64,000 bases of DNA from Bilabrum cf. latius (Eukaryota): the NCBI GenBank assembly GCA_965178125.1, contig OZ237736.1:434001-498000 (forward strand), given 5' to 3'. Positions 39,081 to 52,353 of the stretch are shown piece by piece (position 1 is the first letter of the stretch; each line of letters opens with the position of its first letter). The notes below the pieces were generated by a model. The model worked only from the letters and a program-made list of their open reading frames with translations, was not told where the DNA came from and searched no databases. The position numbers and the translations under genes are program-made.

Positions 39081-39710
39081 TTATGTGGATGTCTTAGCCT
39101 AATATTCTTTGTCTCTTTTCTCTTTGGCTCTAAGTCTTCTTCTTTCATTCATTTTGTCTTTGTTCCTTTGATAATATTCTTGTTTTTGCTTTTTTATTTT
39201 GTCTTTATTCTTTTCTAAGTATTTCCTTCTCTTGTCTTTATCTTTGAAGTAATTGGTTCGTTTCATTCTACAAATTTTCTATTTATTTACTTCATTATAT
39301 TCTTTGAGATACTACTTAATCTTGCTTTTGTTCTTCTGTCTATACATTTTATTTAGTGTACTCAATTTATCTTTATTGTCTTCACGATACTCTTTTTTGG
39401 TCCTACCAGCTATGCACTTATTCACACACTTATTACTTCGTATATGTCCACCTTCTATTTTCTTTAATTCTTCTTTGTTCTTGCATGGGCAATTCTCGAC
39501 TAATTCTATTCTTACATCTCCTAAATCATAAATATCAAATGATGAGACAAACCCTTTGTATTTTGTTCCGTTCTACTTGTAATACTTATAATCTTTCGTA
39601 TGTCCTCCTTTTCTTTGACTTAAAGTCTAACAAGTAGAACCGTAATAGACTTTTGAAGTGTCATTAAGTGAATATAACTTGTAAATCTTAGCTTTAGAGT
39701 AGTCAGGCAT
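39081..39710 (-). CDS. GIY-YIG endonuclease with basic helical C-terminus (missed by the ORF track)
   Basis: MPDYSKAKIYKL..VYYGSTC*TLSQR..H..RIELVENCPCKNKEEL..EG.HI..CVNK.IAGRT; ends TAA. Confidence 0.9.
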
Positions 39711-39818
39711 TGTTTTATATTGGTTTATATTGTTATTAGTTGTTTTATCTTTAAGTTGCTTTTATGACACTAATTAGACTTAAAAATAATATATTATTAT
39801 AGTATATACTATATTATA

Positions 39819-40349
39819 ATGTGCTATAAGTGCAAAAATTTCATAATCAATAAGCTAAATATTACAGACTGGGATAAGATAGCCCCTTTATTAGTCCCTG
39901 ATGGTAAGAGAAAGAACGAATAGAAGTGTATCTGTTCACATCCTATTAAAACAGTCTTTCTTGTAAAATATCCACCTACTGGAGATATATTTGATTTAGG
40001 TTCTGAATGTATTAATAACACTTTTAACTCTGATCATAAAGTCTACAAATACTGTATGTATAAGACTTGTGATGTATGTAATAAACAAGTAAAGAGAAGT
40101 AGCTGGAAAAGTCATATTAAATCCATTAAACACGAATTAAATAAAGACATATTAAAAGATAAGAGTAGATGCACTGATTGCGATGAGTTCATTGAAAAAC
40201 ATAAATATAAAAAGACTTGTCTTAGTTGTTATAATAAAAAGAGGAAATACTCACAATGTAAGAAATGTGAAAAGTATCTTATTAAACCAGGAGCCACTTT
40301 CTGGTTTTGTTATGACTGTAACTAGAAGAGAAAGAAATATAAGAAATAA
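39819..40349 (+). CDS. Cys-rich zinc-finger protein
   Basis: CICSHPI..LGSECI, CDVC..HIKSIKH and several CxxC pairs; two TAGs; ends TAA. Confidence 0.75.
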
Positions 40350-40389
40350 TGTTTAATTTACGCCAACATATTATATCGTCTTTATATAT

Positions 40390-40623
40390 ATGTACGACTT
40401 GAAAATTATAATGTCTCCCAAGTTTTTAAAAGCTTGTAAAAATAATAAAGTTATTGAAAAGGCTATAAAAGCTATAGAGGACAATTTAAAAGATGAAATT
40501 AAATTATGTTTTGATGGCAATGAGTGGGATATGTCAAATGGATCATAGACTCTTTTTTATAATCTTCAAAGTAAAGAAGAACGAGAAGAAATATTAAAGA
40601 AAAATGGAACAATTACAGCATAA
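40390..40623 (+). CDS. Small hypothetical protein, N-terminus resembling 54993 and 55936
   Basis: Starts MYDLKIIMSPKFLKAC; preceded by the CGCCAA..TATATAT motif; one TAG; ends TAA. Confidence 0.5.
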
Positions 40624-40709
40624 ACAACTAGAAGAAATAACAGAAGACAATATGTTATAAAATCGTTTAATTAACGCCAAAATTTATATCTACTATATAT
40701 ATAGTAAAT

Positions 40710-42365
40710 ATGACTAATAAAGGCAAGACATACACTAGAGGTAAAATATCTTACACGTATGGTGATGAACCGACAAAAAATCAAAAAGATAGTGATAATT
40801 TAGAAGCCACTATTAAGGGACTACTTGATAAAGGATTTGAAGAGGTACCAACTACCAAAGCAAGTATTAAAAAAATACCTTTATATTCTTATGTATCTTA
40901 TGTAAGTAATATCAAGGGAAAGCCACTATTTAGAAGAGGTGGGGTAATTAACTCAATATAGAAGGATGGAGACTATTTCACTTTATATAACTTAGTGAGT
41001 CGTGTTCATTTTAGCGTTCAATAGTCTAACCTAGTTCGTCTTTTTTATAAGATGACTAAAGCTTAGACGAAAAAACTTAATAAACCAACCGGTAAATTAA
41101 TTGAAGTAGAAGATGAGGACGACAAAGACAAATTTAATTATAAACCAATATTAAAGAAACTATATTATGAAGAAGGTAATGTAGTCAGTCGTGATGCGTT
41201 ATATGACCTAGCTAGACAAAAAGATAAACGTATTAAAAGACGACAAGTAGAAAAGTGGTTAAATAACTAGATGCTCCACCAATTGACCAAAAAACGACCT
41301 AAACAGTCAGCAGTAAGTTCTTTTGTACCTACTAAGCCTTTCTCAATTTACGCATTGGACTTAATAGACATGCAAAAGTATTCAGACACTAATGACGGCT
41401 ATAATTGGATATTAAATATAATGGATATATTCACAAAATACCTATGGAGTATTTCATTAAAAGATAAGACATTAGTTAATATAATTCGTGAGATGAAGAA
41501 ACTATTTAAGAAACCTAATTGGAGAAAACCGACTGTTATGTTAAGTGATAATGAGTTTAATAAAGAGGCATATATTAAATTTATGAATGACAATGACATA
41601 AAACCACTATTCACCATCGCAGGAAATCCATAGTCTAATGGTGCAGTTGAAAGACTTAATAGGACTATAAAAGAATAGATTAGAAAAGACTTTGCTATTA
41701 AGAATGACAGTGATGGTGTTTGGCATACGTCATTATAGAGACTAGTAAGAGCATATAATAAGAGAAAACACAACACTATAGGAATGTCTCCACTAGAAGC
41801 AATGAAACCCGAAAATTTAGAAGTAGTTAGATCTAGAATTGAAAATAAGAAATTATCCAATAATTTCGACGGGAATGATAAAGATCTTAATGTAGGGGAT
41901 AGAGTTAGAGTATTACTTGAGAAGAACAAGTTTAAAGGAAATTTATTTAATTGGTCTAGAGAAGTCTTCACTGTTAGATAGAAGACCAAACCAAGAAATC
42001 CTAAGTAGAGGATTAAATATAAAGTAATGGACAAAGAGGGAGAACCTCTTACTGGATTCTTTAATGCTTCACAGTTATAGAAAATAGACAATGTAGAACA
42101 CGAAGATAAGGTAAATGATGACATAGACAAGGAAAGTGAAGAGCCTGAAATTGATAATGTTGAAGGTTTAGAAGTAGAACCAGACACAATAGAGAAGTTT
42201 TTAGATAAAAGACAAAATAAAGATAGACTTATTGAATATTTAGTCAAATATAAGGGATATTCTAATAAGTTTAATGAATGGATTACCCGTAAGAAATTAG
42301 AATAGGATTATGGGAAAGACCAAATACGACCACTTGCGAAAGACTATTCTGATAGATAGAGATAA
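40710..42365 (+). CDS. Retroviral-type (rve, DDE) integrase with C-terminal chromodomain, 551 aa
   Basis: VEKWLNN*MLHQL, ALDLIDM, LNIMDIFTKY, LSDNEF, P*SNGAVERLNRTIK, VGDRVRV, WSREVF; chromodomain IEKFLDKR..EYLVKYKGY..NEWI. Twelve in-frame TAGs; ends TAA. Confidence 0.95.
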
Positions 42366-42595
42366 TTAATCTAGTAATATACTTTATGGCATAATACCAG
42401 CGCCCCAAATTGCGATAATATATTAGGATATTAAGATATATTTCCGCAATTCTGGGCGCGTAGGTGTATTGATTTTTATAATTTTATAATTTTATGTTAG
42501 CCAGTGTATAGATACGACTTTTGAAATATTAAATTTTTCTAGTATTTACCATATTAATATAAAACAAAGTCAAAGAAATTATTTATAATAAGTAT

Positions 42596-43276
42596 ATGGA
42601 ATTGTTAAATATAACAAGATACAAAAATAAAGACCTTCTAAAAAGAGTAGTCAAGTTAAGTGAAAAGTACAAGTGGTCTCGTGATGACTTAAAAATGTTA
42701 TGGATTAACAAGCATTATTCAAGTTTATAGGGTGAAATAGATGATGAAGGGGACGAGATAGCAACTATAAATTTAGTGAGACAACCGTCTAAAATAGAAC
42801 CTATCTAGTTAAAACCTCCACAATTAGAACGACAATAGGCTATATTGGAAGATGTTGAATTAGATAGCGAAGACATAGAGGATAATAAAGAGGAAGACTA
42901 TTTGAATGATACATATAGTGATACAAGTAGTGAAGTAGTGAGTGAAGTCATTGAAGAGAAACCAATTAAAGAGAAACCAAAACCAAAAATCAATATTAGT
43001 GATCTTACAGTGAGTGATAAACCTGAATATGTTTATTGTGTAGAGATTAATGATACAAAGGTATATTTTAACAAAAAGAATACATAGACTTATCCTGATG
43101 CTTTAAGAAGAGGTAAATCACACGCTGATAAAATGAGAAAGCGAGTATTAGGACATATTCATTTTGATGAGACCGATATGTATGACAGCAACTTATGGTA
43201 TGCTAAAGTGTGCTGGGGTGATAGTGATAAAATTCATGATAACTTTACAAAGTTTAAAAATATCTTATTAAAATGA
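42596..43276 (+). CDS. Hypothetical protein with acidic middle region; C-terminus weakly resembles 38641
   Basis: ATG 42596 to TGA, in frame across TAGs. Confidence 0.7.
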
Positions 43277-43295
43277 CCACTATATATATAGGTAA

Positions 43296-43802
43296 ATGAA
43301 AAACACAATTTGGAAGTTTTTAAATGAATACTTTGATGTCTTTAGTTTAATACTTAAAATACGAGACGAAAACCCTAGTGATGTCATAAGTACTATAATA
43401 GCAATGTATGAAGAGAGCGAAATAGAAGACCCAAAAGAGATCCATAAACATATGAGTGAAATACGTCATAACTTGGAACTTAGATTTAAAACAAAGTATG
43501 TTGAAGTCCTAAGCACCGATCACGATGACAAAGCAGAAAGCTATCTCCATCTTAATAATATATTATGTAATATTGAAGGAGAGCAATATGTGGAGGATAG
43601 CAAAATCAAGATGTCCGAGAAAAAACAAGTATTTATAAAGACTTACGGTGATGTGGATAAATTCAACGAGACTGTCCAAGAGATGGAACAAGAAGACGAA
43701 AAGACTAAAACAGGAGTAGAAAAAGAAATAGATCAAAAGTTAAGTCTATTATGTAATACTTCTAAACAACCAGACAATATTTGTCTAGATTATAAATTGT
43801 AA
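43296..43802 (+). CDS. Hypothetical viral protein, 168 aa
   Basis: Clean ORF ending TAA, preceded by CCACTATATATATAGG. Confidence 0.75.
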   Translation: MKNTIWKFLNEYFDVFSLILKIRDENPSDVISTIIAMYEESEIEDPKEIHKHMSEIRHNLELRFKTKYVEVLSTDHDDKAESYLHLNNILCNIEGEQYVEDSKIKMSEKKQVFIKTYGDVDKFNETVQEMEQEDEKTKTGVEKEIDQKLSLLCNTSKQPDNICLDYKL

Positions 43803-43929
43803 TATCAGTATGTATTTTAATTATAAAAATACAAATTGACAGGTTAGATACGACCGCCCCAAATTGCGGAAATATTATAGCTATTCAAGATATATTTGTG
43901 CAATTCTGGGCGCGTAGGCGTATTGACTT

Positions 43930-44568
43930 TTATATGGAATAGCCAAGGTCTAGAGTCGAACGAAGCTTATCGTGAAGCTATTCGTAAGTATTATAAATGT
44001 AATAGCTAGAAGGGTTCAATTCTTTGATATATGAGTTACGGTCTTCTAACATAGACTTCTATTTATCTACTTTCTTATCCTTTAATGTCTTCTAGAATAG
44101 TGAATTAGATGGAAGACATACAACTATACTTTCTTTTTTAAATAACTCATTAGCTAGACTTAACTCTTTAGTAAAAAATATTACTCTCTTCTCACTACCT
44201 TCATTCAACCAGTTATCTTTTACCCATTGAAGGGCTTCTTTACTGGCTTTTCTATTAAGTATATTATAATTACCCCAATCACTTTTTAACTTACATTCGT
44301 CTAGTTTCATAAGTAATTCGGGCTCCTAGACATATACTCCTAGAGTACTATCTAAATCAACAAGTAAACAGTCTTTAGAACTAGACCGTAATATTTGACA
44401 AGCGGTAGACTTACCACTACCTTCAGGCACACAGATACATATTTTTTTACGTTTATGTAAAGGTTTATCCCATAACCACTACCAACAAGACATACCACCA
44501 GAGTATGCTAGAGGTAGTAAGACACTTAAACCTCCTACAACGACACTGCTTGAACTGATTCCATCCAT
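43930..44568 (-). CDS. P-loop NTPase/kinase-like protein with hydrophobic N-terminus, 212 aa
   Basis: VVVGGLSVLLPLAY, then VPEGSGKST..LLVDLD; TAGs read through; ends TAA. Confidence 0.7.
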
Positions 44569-44611
44569 TTTATTATATTAATAAAAAAGATATTTCTATA
44601 ATTAAACTCAA

Positions 44612-45334
44612 TTATCCTGTTAAGAAAATACAAGGTACGACTTTATATTCTACTCCATTAGCATCAGTAGAAGTACCACTTGAAAAGTCTTCATCTACTA
44701 GAGCTTTTGCTACAATAGTCTAATCAACAGAGACTGGTTGAGGATTAGGCGCGTAGACATATCCACTATCAGAGCTATTTATTAAGTAGTCACCCGCACT
44801 TACATCTCCTCCATTTTTATTTACTTTCACAGCTCCATCACCTAAAGATGCCACTAGGACTTTACCATCATCATGGTGTTCTCCTACATATACTCCAAAA
44901 GGTGGTGAATGTTGAGATGCTTGACTTACGACATATTCATTAGTTGTGGGTCCTTTATTAACTACACTATCAAGAGTAACCACTGACCCAATACCAGCTG
45001 GTAAACTAGAAGCAACATCACTACAAGATGCAACATGTGTACCGGTAAATGATAAGAAGTTGGTTGCTGTCATAGTACTGGTTTGAGTTCCATCACCTGC
45101 GACATTAATTGAGATAGATGCACCTGCTGATGCTGAGTTTTTACCTATTCTCCATGTGAAAGACTTAGCATCTTCATTAGTACCACTCATAATATAGGGT
45201 AGTGATTGACCATTGAAGTTAAGTCCAAAGTTAGCGGCTCCATCAAAGCCTTCTGCTTTAATTGATTCTACTTCAATAGACTTACTCTTTAATTCATATT
45301 CATTTTTGTTTAAGAGATTGTATATTCCTGCCAT
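44612..45334 (-). CDS. Putative fibre/virion protein with a peptidase-G2/intramolecular-chaperone-like C-domain
   Basis: SFTGTH..GSVV..FGVY..VASLGDGAVKV..GDYLINS..GY..*TIVAK..PCIFLTG; ends TAA. Confidence 0.6.
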
Positions 45335-45577
45335 TACTTATAATATATTAGCTAGACTAGATATTTTTTTTTTAAATTACGAGATTTTAAAAATTTAGTA
45401 TCTTAAGATATAGTATAATACCAGCGCCCCAAATTGCGATAATATATTAGGATATTAAGATATATTTCTGCAATTCTGGGCGCGTAGGCGTATTGATTTT
45501 TATAATTTAGTCATTTTTAATATAGCCACCTCTTACAATGTAATATTTTTAAATTAAAATATTATAGTATATACCAT

Positions 45578-47191
45578 TTAAAGACTTCTTAACCTATTAT
45601 CCAACCAAGATATTAGAGTATCAAGTCTCTTATTTAGACCTGAACCTTCACCAGTCTTACTTTCACTTGCTCCACTAGATGATTGACCTTGTGCTTCTTG
45701 TTCTTGTTCTTCCCGTTCTTGTGCTGCTCGTGCTGCTCTTGCTCTTGCTTCTTGACCTTTACCAAGATCTTCACCTGCATCGTTTGCTACAAATTCACCA
45801 TCTGGTCTTTGTTCTAATAATGTCCCTTCTGTTTCATCATCTATAGGTTCATTACCTCTTGCAATCTATTCAGCAGCTTCATTAGATAGACCACTTAAAG
45901 CGGCCTGTCTTCGTAAGTCTGGATCTCTTTGTCTATTCGTCATTAGTACACCAGCAGGTGATGAAGGAGTCTTCTGTTGAGGTGCTTTCTCTGTTATACT
46001 TTTAGATCTTTTGCGTCTTTGCGTCATTTTTCTGCTTCTTTGTGCTGCCATCAATTGTGCCATCTATGAGTCTTGTCTTTCACGTCTTTGTTTCAACTTT
46101 TCTTCTCTTTCAGCTTTTTGAGCACTTGTAAAATCTCTTAACTATCCAAAAGCTCTTCGTCGTGATGAATTATCGGCCATACTTTTAACCTTCTTTTCAT
46201 TTTCAACAAACTCTTTACCCATTCTAGTAATCCCTTTCGCTCTATCATCTGCGCTTAAGTCAGTATATCGTCCAGACTTAATTTCATTAAATAGTGGTTT
46301 AAGTTCAGTATGGTAATCCATAGTCGACAACGCTTTACCTTGATAAGTCGGTCCAAGTAATTTAGTCAGTTTGTTTATCATTTCAAGAGCACTTGTATTA
46401 CCTTTTGTTTGGGCAATCTTTCTAAGTGCATTACGTCGGGCTAGCATCCTTCTTTCATCAAAATCATATACTTGCCTGTTTAAATTAAGTCTTCTTAGAC
46501 TAGTTAGCTTGTCAAAATCATCCTCAATTCTTTCAAATGTTTTACTTGGGTTACCTTTTTCATTTTGTCTTCTTTTAATTAAAAGAATACGTGTAGCTAG
46601 GTCATTTAATCTCTGCTTACTCATACCTTCAATTGTTTCAGGTTTAACATTATTATCAATAAGAAGTTGTTGGAGCTACTCTTTGCTTAAGTCACCTTCT
46701 AGGTCTTCTATATCTTTAGGTAAATTATCAATTTCTTCCGCTTCAATAAATAAGTTATTTAATGCGTCGTTAAGTTTTGACTCAGCTTTACCTTTTTGAA
46801 ATAGTGTATTAGATGAGCTCATATATGGAATATTCTATATCATCTTAGCAATAGCTTCAGCATCTTCATCAAGTAGTTCATTATCTTTGGCTAGTCTTAC
46901 AACTTGATCAATATCAGCTACTTTATACTTTTTACCTTTCTTGCTATTCTCTTTAACTCTTTTTAAAGTCCTTTTCATAAGATTTGCTATTCTTTTTAAT
47001 TTTCTCTTTTCTTCTAATGGCATAAAGTCCTCTTCTAATTGAATCTTTTGTTTTCGTTTAGCTTCTCCTATAGCTGCTCTTATGGCTCTCTCTTCGTTTC
47101 TTACCTTTCGTCTTGCTTGACTTGTAGGGGCTCTACTTTCCACAAGTCCATCGAGTAAGTCTTCCAATACTGCTGTTCTTTTTTTAGACAT
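45578..47191 (-). CDS. Large basic coiled-coil protein, 537 aa, possible core protein
   Basis: ORFs 46835, 46142 and 45866 are in one frame and split by TAG; ends TAA. Confidence 0.75.
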
Positions 47192-47230
47192 CGTATAATT
47201 ATATTATGATAATAGATAATATTATTAAAT

Positions 47231-47674
47231 TTACATACCATTTTCTTTTAATATTTTACTTGCTTCTCCTAGACTTACGCCATACTTCTTCATTACCGCA
47301 CTCACTAATTTACCTCTTGCTTTAGCTTTTGGATTAGGTTTCCTCTTACGCTTAGCCTTTCCAAGTCCTACAGTCTTAAGTGCAGCATCAAGAGGGATAC
47401 CAACTTCAGGGGCTACAAACTTAAGACCTGTTCGTATTGCCTTTCCTACGTTACTTTTAATACCTTTTTTAATTGTTCGCCCTACTTTCTTGAATTTTCT
47501 ACCTACTTTTTTAAAAAAACGTCCAACTTTTGAACCACCTTGAACACCATTCATTTGATAGTCTTCAAATAATTCAAGTAGTTTTTGCTTAAATTCGTCT
47601 TTTAAATTGTTGACTTTGGCATTAGAGGGTGATTTACCTAGTTGCTATAGTCTTTGTCTTATGAAATCGTCCAT
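47231..47674 (-). CDS. Very basic putative core/DNA-condensing protein with a GG processing site
   Basis: VQGG|SKVGRFFKKVGRKFKKVG, with C-terminal RGKLVSAVMKKYGVSLGEASKILKENG resembling a motif common in virophage basic proteins. Confidence 0.7.
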
Positions 47675-47708
47675 TATAATAAAGAACTATAATATTTCTT
47701 ATTAATAT

Positions 47709-48527
47709 ATGGTTAAATTAACAAAGTAGTAGCTAAAGTATTATTCACGATTTGATAATAAGATATTCAAGTCTTTTAAAATAAATAGAAGTGATATTTA
47801 TTTAAATGGTTCATATTCATTTACTCATAATATGCTTTCACTTTGGGCTGGAGACATAGACCTATACTCTCCCGTTAAATTGTCTGATGTCAATAGTGTT
47901 ATAAATGAATTAAAGACCTTAAGAGGTAGTAGATTAATACATATTTATAACGTTGAATATGATGATAATGGCGTCTCTTTAGATACATTTCTTGATACTA
48001 ATAGACCTAAAATATTAAAATCTTTAAAATAGTAGAATAATCCTATGATATTCGTTGAAAGTTGGGTCTATACTGGATATATTGAAGAGGTTAGTATATT
48101 ATATGATATTGGAGGTAAGATATTGAAAATGAAGCCTAAACAAGTAGCAGATAGGATGATAGATGACATAAAAGACTTACAAAAAGAACGAAAATATTTC
48201 AAGATATTAAAAAGACTAGATGTTATATATGACGAATTAGGGCAAAAGAAGAAACAGGAAGAGATTGAACAACTTATAAAGAATCCCGATGTAGGCTTTC
48301 TTTACTTGACTATTACAAGATTAAAAAGTTTATTACTTCCAACAGTTCCATTTAAATTAAAAAATAGAGTTATTGATAGACTTAAGAATGATGTACGTAA
48401 ATTAGGACTTATTAAACCAGTTTATCAATACTTTAATACGTTCAATAGTAAAGATGTAAGTATTATAATTAAATATTTAGAAGACTAGCTCAATAAAAGG
48501 GTCGTTAAATTAGTTTCACATAATTGA
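47709..48527 (+). CDS. Nucleotidyltransferase-fold protein (Sputnik V21-like)
   Basis: LNGSYS..WAGDID motif and KYFKILKR; two TAG-TAG pairs in frame; ends TGA. Confidence 0.6.
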
Positions 48528-48721
48528 ATACACCTAAACGCCCAGAATTGCAGACATAATTTTCTTGATACTTATATATTTCCGCAATTTGGGGCGCCCT
48601 ATATTGTGAGATTTTCATTAGATTGACCCGAAAATGTAAAACCTCTAACAGCCTACGCGCCCAGAATTGCAGAAATATATCTTAAATAGCTATAATATTA
48701 CCGCAATTTGGGGCGGTCGTC

Positions 48722-49243
48722 TCACCAGTCACTATAAAATAGCTCGTCAATGTCTTCTTCGTTAAGTTTATTAACTTTTTCTGTCGGATGGAGGGGATTA
48801 TCTGGTCGTATGTCATGTAAATAGCACTTAAGTCTGAAAAATTTTAGATATTCATAAATTAACTACATTTGAAAAAAGTCTTTTTTAAATAACCTTTCCC
48901 ACTCAACGGATTGTTTAAATTGTTCTATACATTCATTTATTTTCATTGAATTAGCATAGTCAAAGTTGAATGTTTTTAAGTGATCAAAAGAAGACGATAC
49001 ATATCCGTTATCATTTAACGTAAAGTCCATATCATAATAGTACTTTTTACTGCAATTGATAATACATTCTCTATACTTACGAGCAATTAGAAGACAAGTT
49101 ATATAATTAGTATAGCAATCTACTCTATCAGTTGTCATCATATTACGCTACTCTTCTGCTTTCTTATAGTACTAATTAACTTTACATGAGTACTTATAAA
49201 ATGATTTAATATATCTTTTTGAAATTAGAAGTTTGTGATCCAT
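48722..49243 (-). CDS. Hypothetical viral protein, 173 aa
   Basis: ATG 49243 to TGA 48722, across three TAGs. Confidence 0.6.
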
Positions 49244-49388
49244 AATTCTATATATTTATATGATATTTTAATCATATTCTTAAGACTGTGCACTCTAAAA
49301 TGAATATTTGAAATGGCTACTTCTCACAATATACCTTTTGAACCCACTAATTATTAGAAAAATAATAAATATTAACATATAGTATATA

Positions 49389-50456
49389 ATGTCATTATCA
49401 TACGATGAAATACCAAATAGTCATTTAGTTGCTTTAAGAGAATACAAGCACAAGAAGAGGAACAAAAGCGTCTTTTTTAGTGAAGATGTAGGGGAAAAAG
49501 TCATAACTCCAGAAGATATAAGTGATGATTTACTTGAAGAGTATTATGGAAAGAGAGCAATTAAATATGAGAAGAATAAAAAAGCATTACGTGAAGAGAT
49601 GTGTAAGCTAGTGAATGGAAATAAAAAACTAGTTAGAAAGACTAACGAGTTAAGAATAGATGATAAGAGTTAGTTTGAAATAGTCCCATTCTTTGATGAT
49701 GAGACCAAAAGACAAATACACTATTTAAGTGGTTAGGCTGGTGCTGGTAAGTCTTATATTGCTAAGTCTTTACTCAAGTATTATCATATGTTCATTCCAA
49801 AGAAGAGGGTTTTAGTCATTACACCAGTACAGGAAACAAATCCAACTTATTTAAAATATGGTAATTTTATTGATATTGATAAATTAGTAGCAGTAGATAG
49901 AAACGATAGTTATGATGACTTAATGAGGAAATACAAAGAAGAAAAGATATTCTTTAGGTAGGAAAAGAAGTCATTAGAACCTCATGAATTAATTAAAAGA
50001 GAGATAGAGATAGAAAGAATGAAACCAACAAGTAAAGACAAGACAAAGGCATCATTTACCACTACTCCATTGTATGAAGAATGGGCAAAATAGGGTCCTT
50101 CTGTGGTGGTATTTGATGATTATGAAGCCTTAAACGGTGATAAAAAGTAGAGAGCGTTATTCTTAATTAAGCGTATAGGTGAAGTTGGAAGACATAGCTC
50201 AACAAATATGATAGTTATAAGTCATTTAACGAATGATTATGCGAATACTAGGTCAATAGTCATGGAAAGTCATAATATTATTTTATTTAAGAGAAATCTA
50301 TGGAAATTTAGCAAATATTTAATGAAAGCATATTTAGGATTTGATGCAAGTCTTATAAATCGTGTTTATAAATTGTTTGGAGAAGGTAATAGATGGCTAT
50401 GTATTAATAAGACTTATAATTTTATCACTTGTCCTAAATAGATGTTCGTATATTAA
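49389..50456 (+). CDS. FtsK/HerA-type (A32-like) DNA packaging ATPase
   Basis: Walker A YLSG*AGAGKS, Walker B VVVFDDYE, EVGRH, ISH, TRSIVMESH, YLGFD and RW; ends TAA. Confidence 0.92.
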
Positions 50457-50475
50457 TTTTCTTAGTATTAAGTAT

Positions 50476-51024
50476 ATGGATATAACCACTGCATTAAGTC
50501 CTGAAGAGGTACAAAGACTATACTTTACATTTACAAAGTAGCATATACCAGTTATAATGTATGAAGAAATAAGTGATACTAATAACATCAGACAATTTCT
50601 AGATGAAAATCCTTTATTTGTCCTTTATTATCCTAACTTAGTAGAAGGAGCAACAATGAGCGGTCATTATACTGCGGTCATATTTAACAAATCAAAGAAT
50701 ACTCTTTATTTTTGGGATAGTTATGGTCAATTACCTGATACTCATATTCCAGTTGTAGGTGGAGTCATAGACCCATAGAAGCTATATGATAGAAGTAGTC
50801 TTCTAATAGATCACGTATTAGATGCTGGTATTAATGTTGACTATTCAAATCAAAAGAATCAACTTATATCTAATAACTCTGCCACATGCGGGAGGTGGTC
50901 AGTGCTCAGACTTCTCTTTCATAATTTAACGAATGATTAGTTTAATAGTCAATTAAAGAAGGCTTTTAAAAAGTATGGAGGAGGACTAGATAATGATGAA
51001 CTTATTACTTTGATAATTAGTTAA
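50476..51024 (+). CDS. Virion maturation cysteine protease (Ulp1/adenain-like)
   Basis: SGHYTAV, YFWDSYG, NQ..TCGRW catalytic motifs; ends TAA. Confidence 0.93.
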
Positions 51025-51384
51025 TATGACATATACCATAAATTTTTAGATATTGAAAATTGATATCTATAAGGTGGCCATATTAAAAAGACTAAAATAT
51101 AAAAATGAATACGGGTACGCGCCCAGAATTGCGGAAATATATCTTAATATCCTAATATATTATCGCAATTTGGGGCGCTAGTATTATACTATATCTTAAG
51201 ATACTAAATTTTTAAAATTTCGGAATATTGGATTTTTTCAATGAGTCAAATAATTAATAAAAACTTTTTTAAAAAGTCATTACGGGTAAGCGCCCAGAAT
51301 TGCGGAAATATATCTTAAATAGCTATAATATTACCGCAATTTGGGGCATTAGACAAGACTTATTTTCTTGATAAATGTTATAGA

Positions 51385-52311
51385 ATGGTAGAGATTCAAG
51401 AACCAGATATCTTTTATATTAACTCATAGGATACTATAACATCTATTAATACTAATAGACCAGTATCAATACATGAACAGCGTCAAGGTAATATCTTGAC
51501 AAATTCACAAAACTACTTATTATCACTTGACCGATGGACTCTTAAATGTCGTATTCCTTTATTTGTAGCAAGTAAAGAAGTAAAGAATAGCGATAATTAG
51601 TCAATTTATAAGATGTCGTTTGTGAAGAAGAGTGATGGAACTACTTACACTCGTAATATTGTCTTAACCAAGTCGTTATATTATAGTCTTAAGACCTTAT
51701 CTAATGAATTTAATAATACTCTTAGTGATTTATGTGGAGATGCTAGTATTCCAACTGATAGTATAGTATTTGAATATCACGGTAAGACTAAAACTTTTAG
51801 TTTCACCCGTTTAGCGGCTTTTACAAGTGCGTGGACTTTAAGTTTTAACTTTCCTTTATTCTCTATATTTGAGACATTTGAATATGATGATGAAGGTAAA
51901 GACATTAAAAGTGATACTTATATAAATCTTTTAGATGGATACAATGAATAGAGTGCTTCTACCTTAGATTAGTTTCCTACTATGGAGTATATTCAAATTA
52001 TTAGTCCATCTCTTCCAATACTTCCAGAATTTACGCCATCATATAAAAGTACATCTAGTACAGAGATACAAAGTGAAAATATCTTAAGTGATTTCAAGAT
52101 AGACAATACAACAGGAACGAGTTTTATTAAAATAAACTTTAGTAGTGGAGGAAATCATAGATGGCAATAGTTCTATAGATCAGCATTTAATAGTTATAGT
52201 ATAGTACCGTATTTTAGAGATACTTTTGGAAACTTATACGAAATACCCTTTACTTTTGGACAAGGACTTAATATAAAAGCTCTATTTAAAAGTAAAAAGT
52301 TAATAACTTAA
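51385..52311 (+). CDS. Minor capsid (penton) protein, 308 aa
   Basis: PDIFYI..E.R..IL..NYLLSLDRW..IPLF at the N-terminus; ILSDF; RDTFGNLY..NIKALFK at the C-terminus. Lies directly upstream of the MCP. Confidence 0.85.
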
Positions 52312-52353
52312 AGTAAAAAATAAATAAATATCTTTAGTCTTAATATATTTATA

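Noticed and set aside
41399-42247. 282-aa minus-strand ORF, and similar antisense ORFs such as 17135-18565, 18733-19728 and 27007-28113
   Set aside because: These are antisense shadows of recognisable genes on the other strand and have no motifs of their own.
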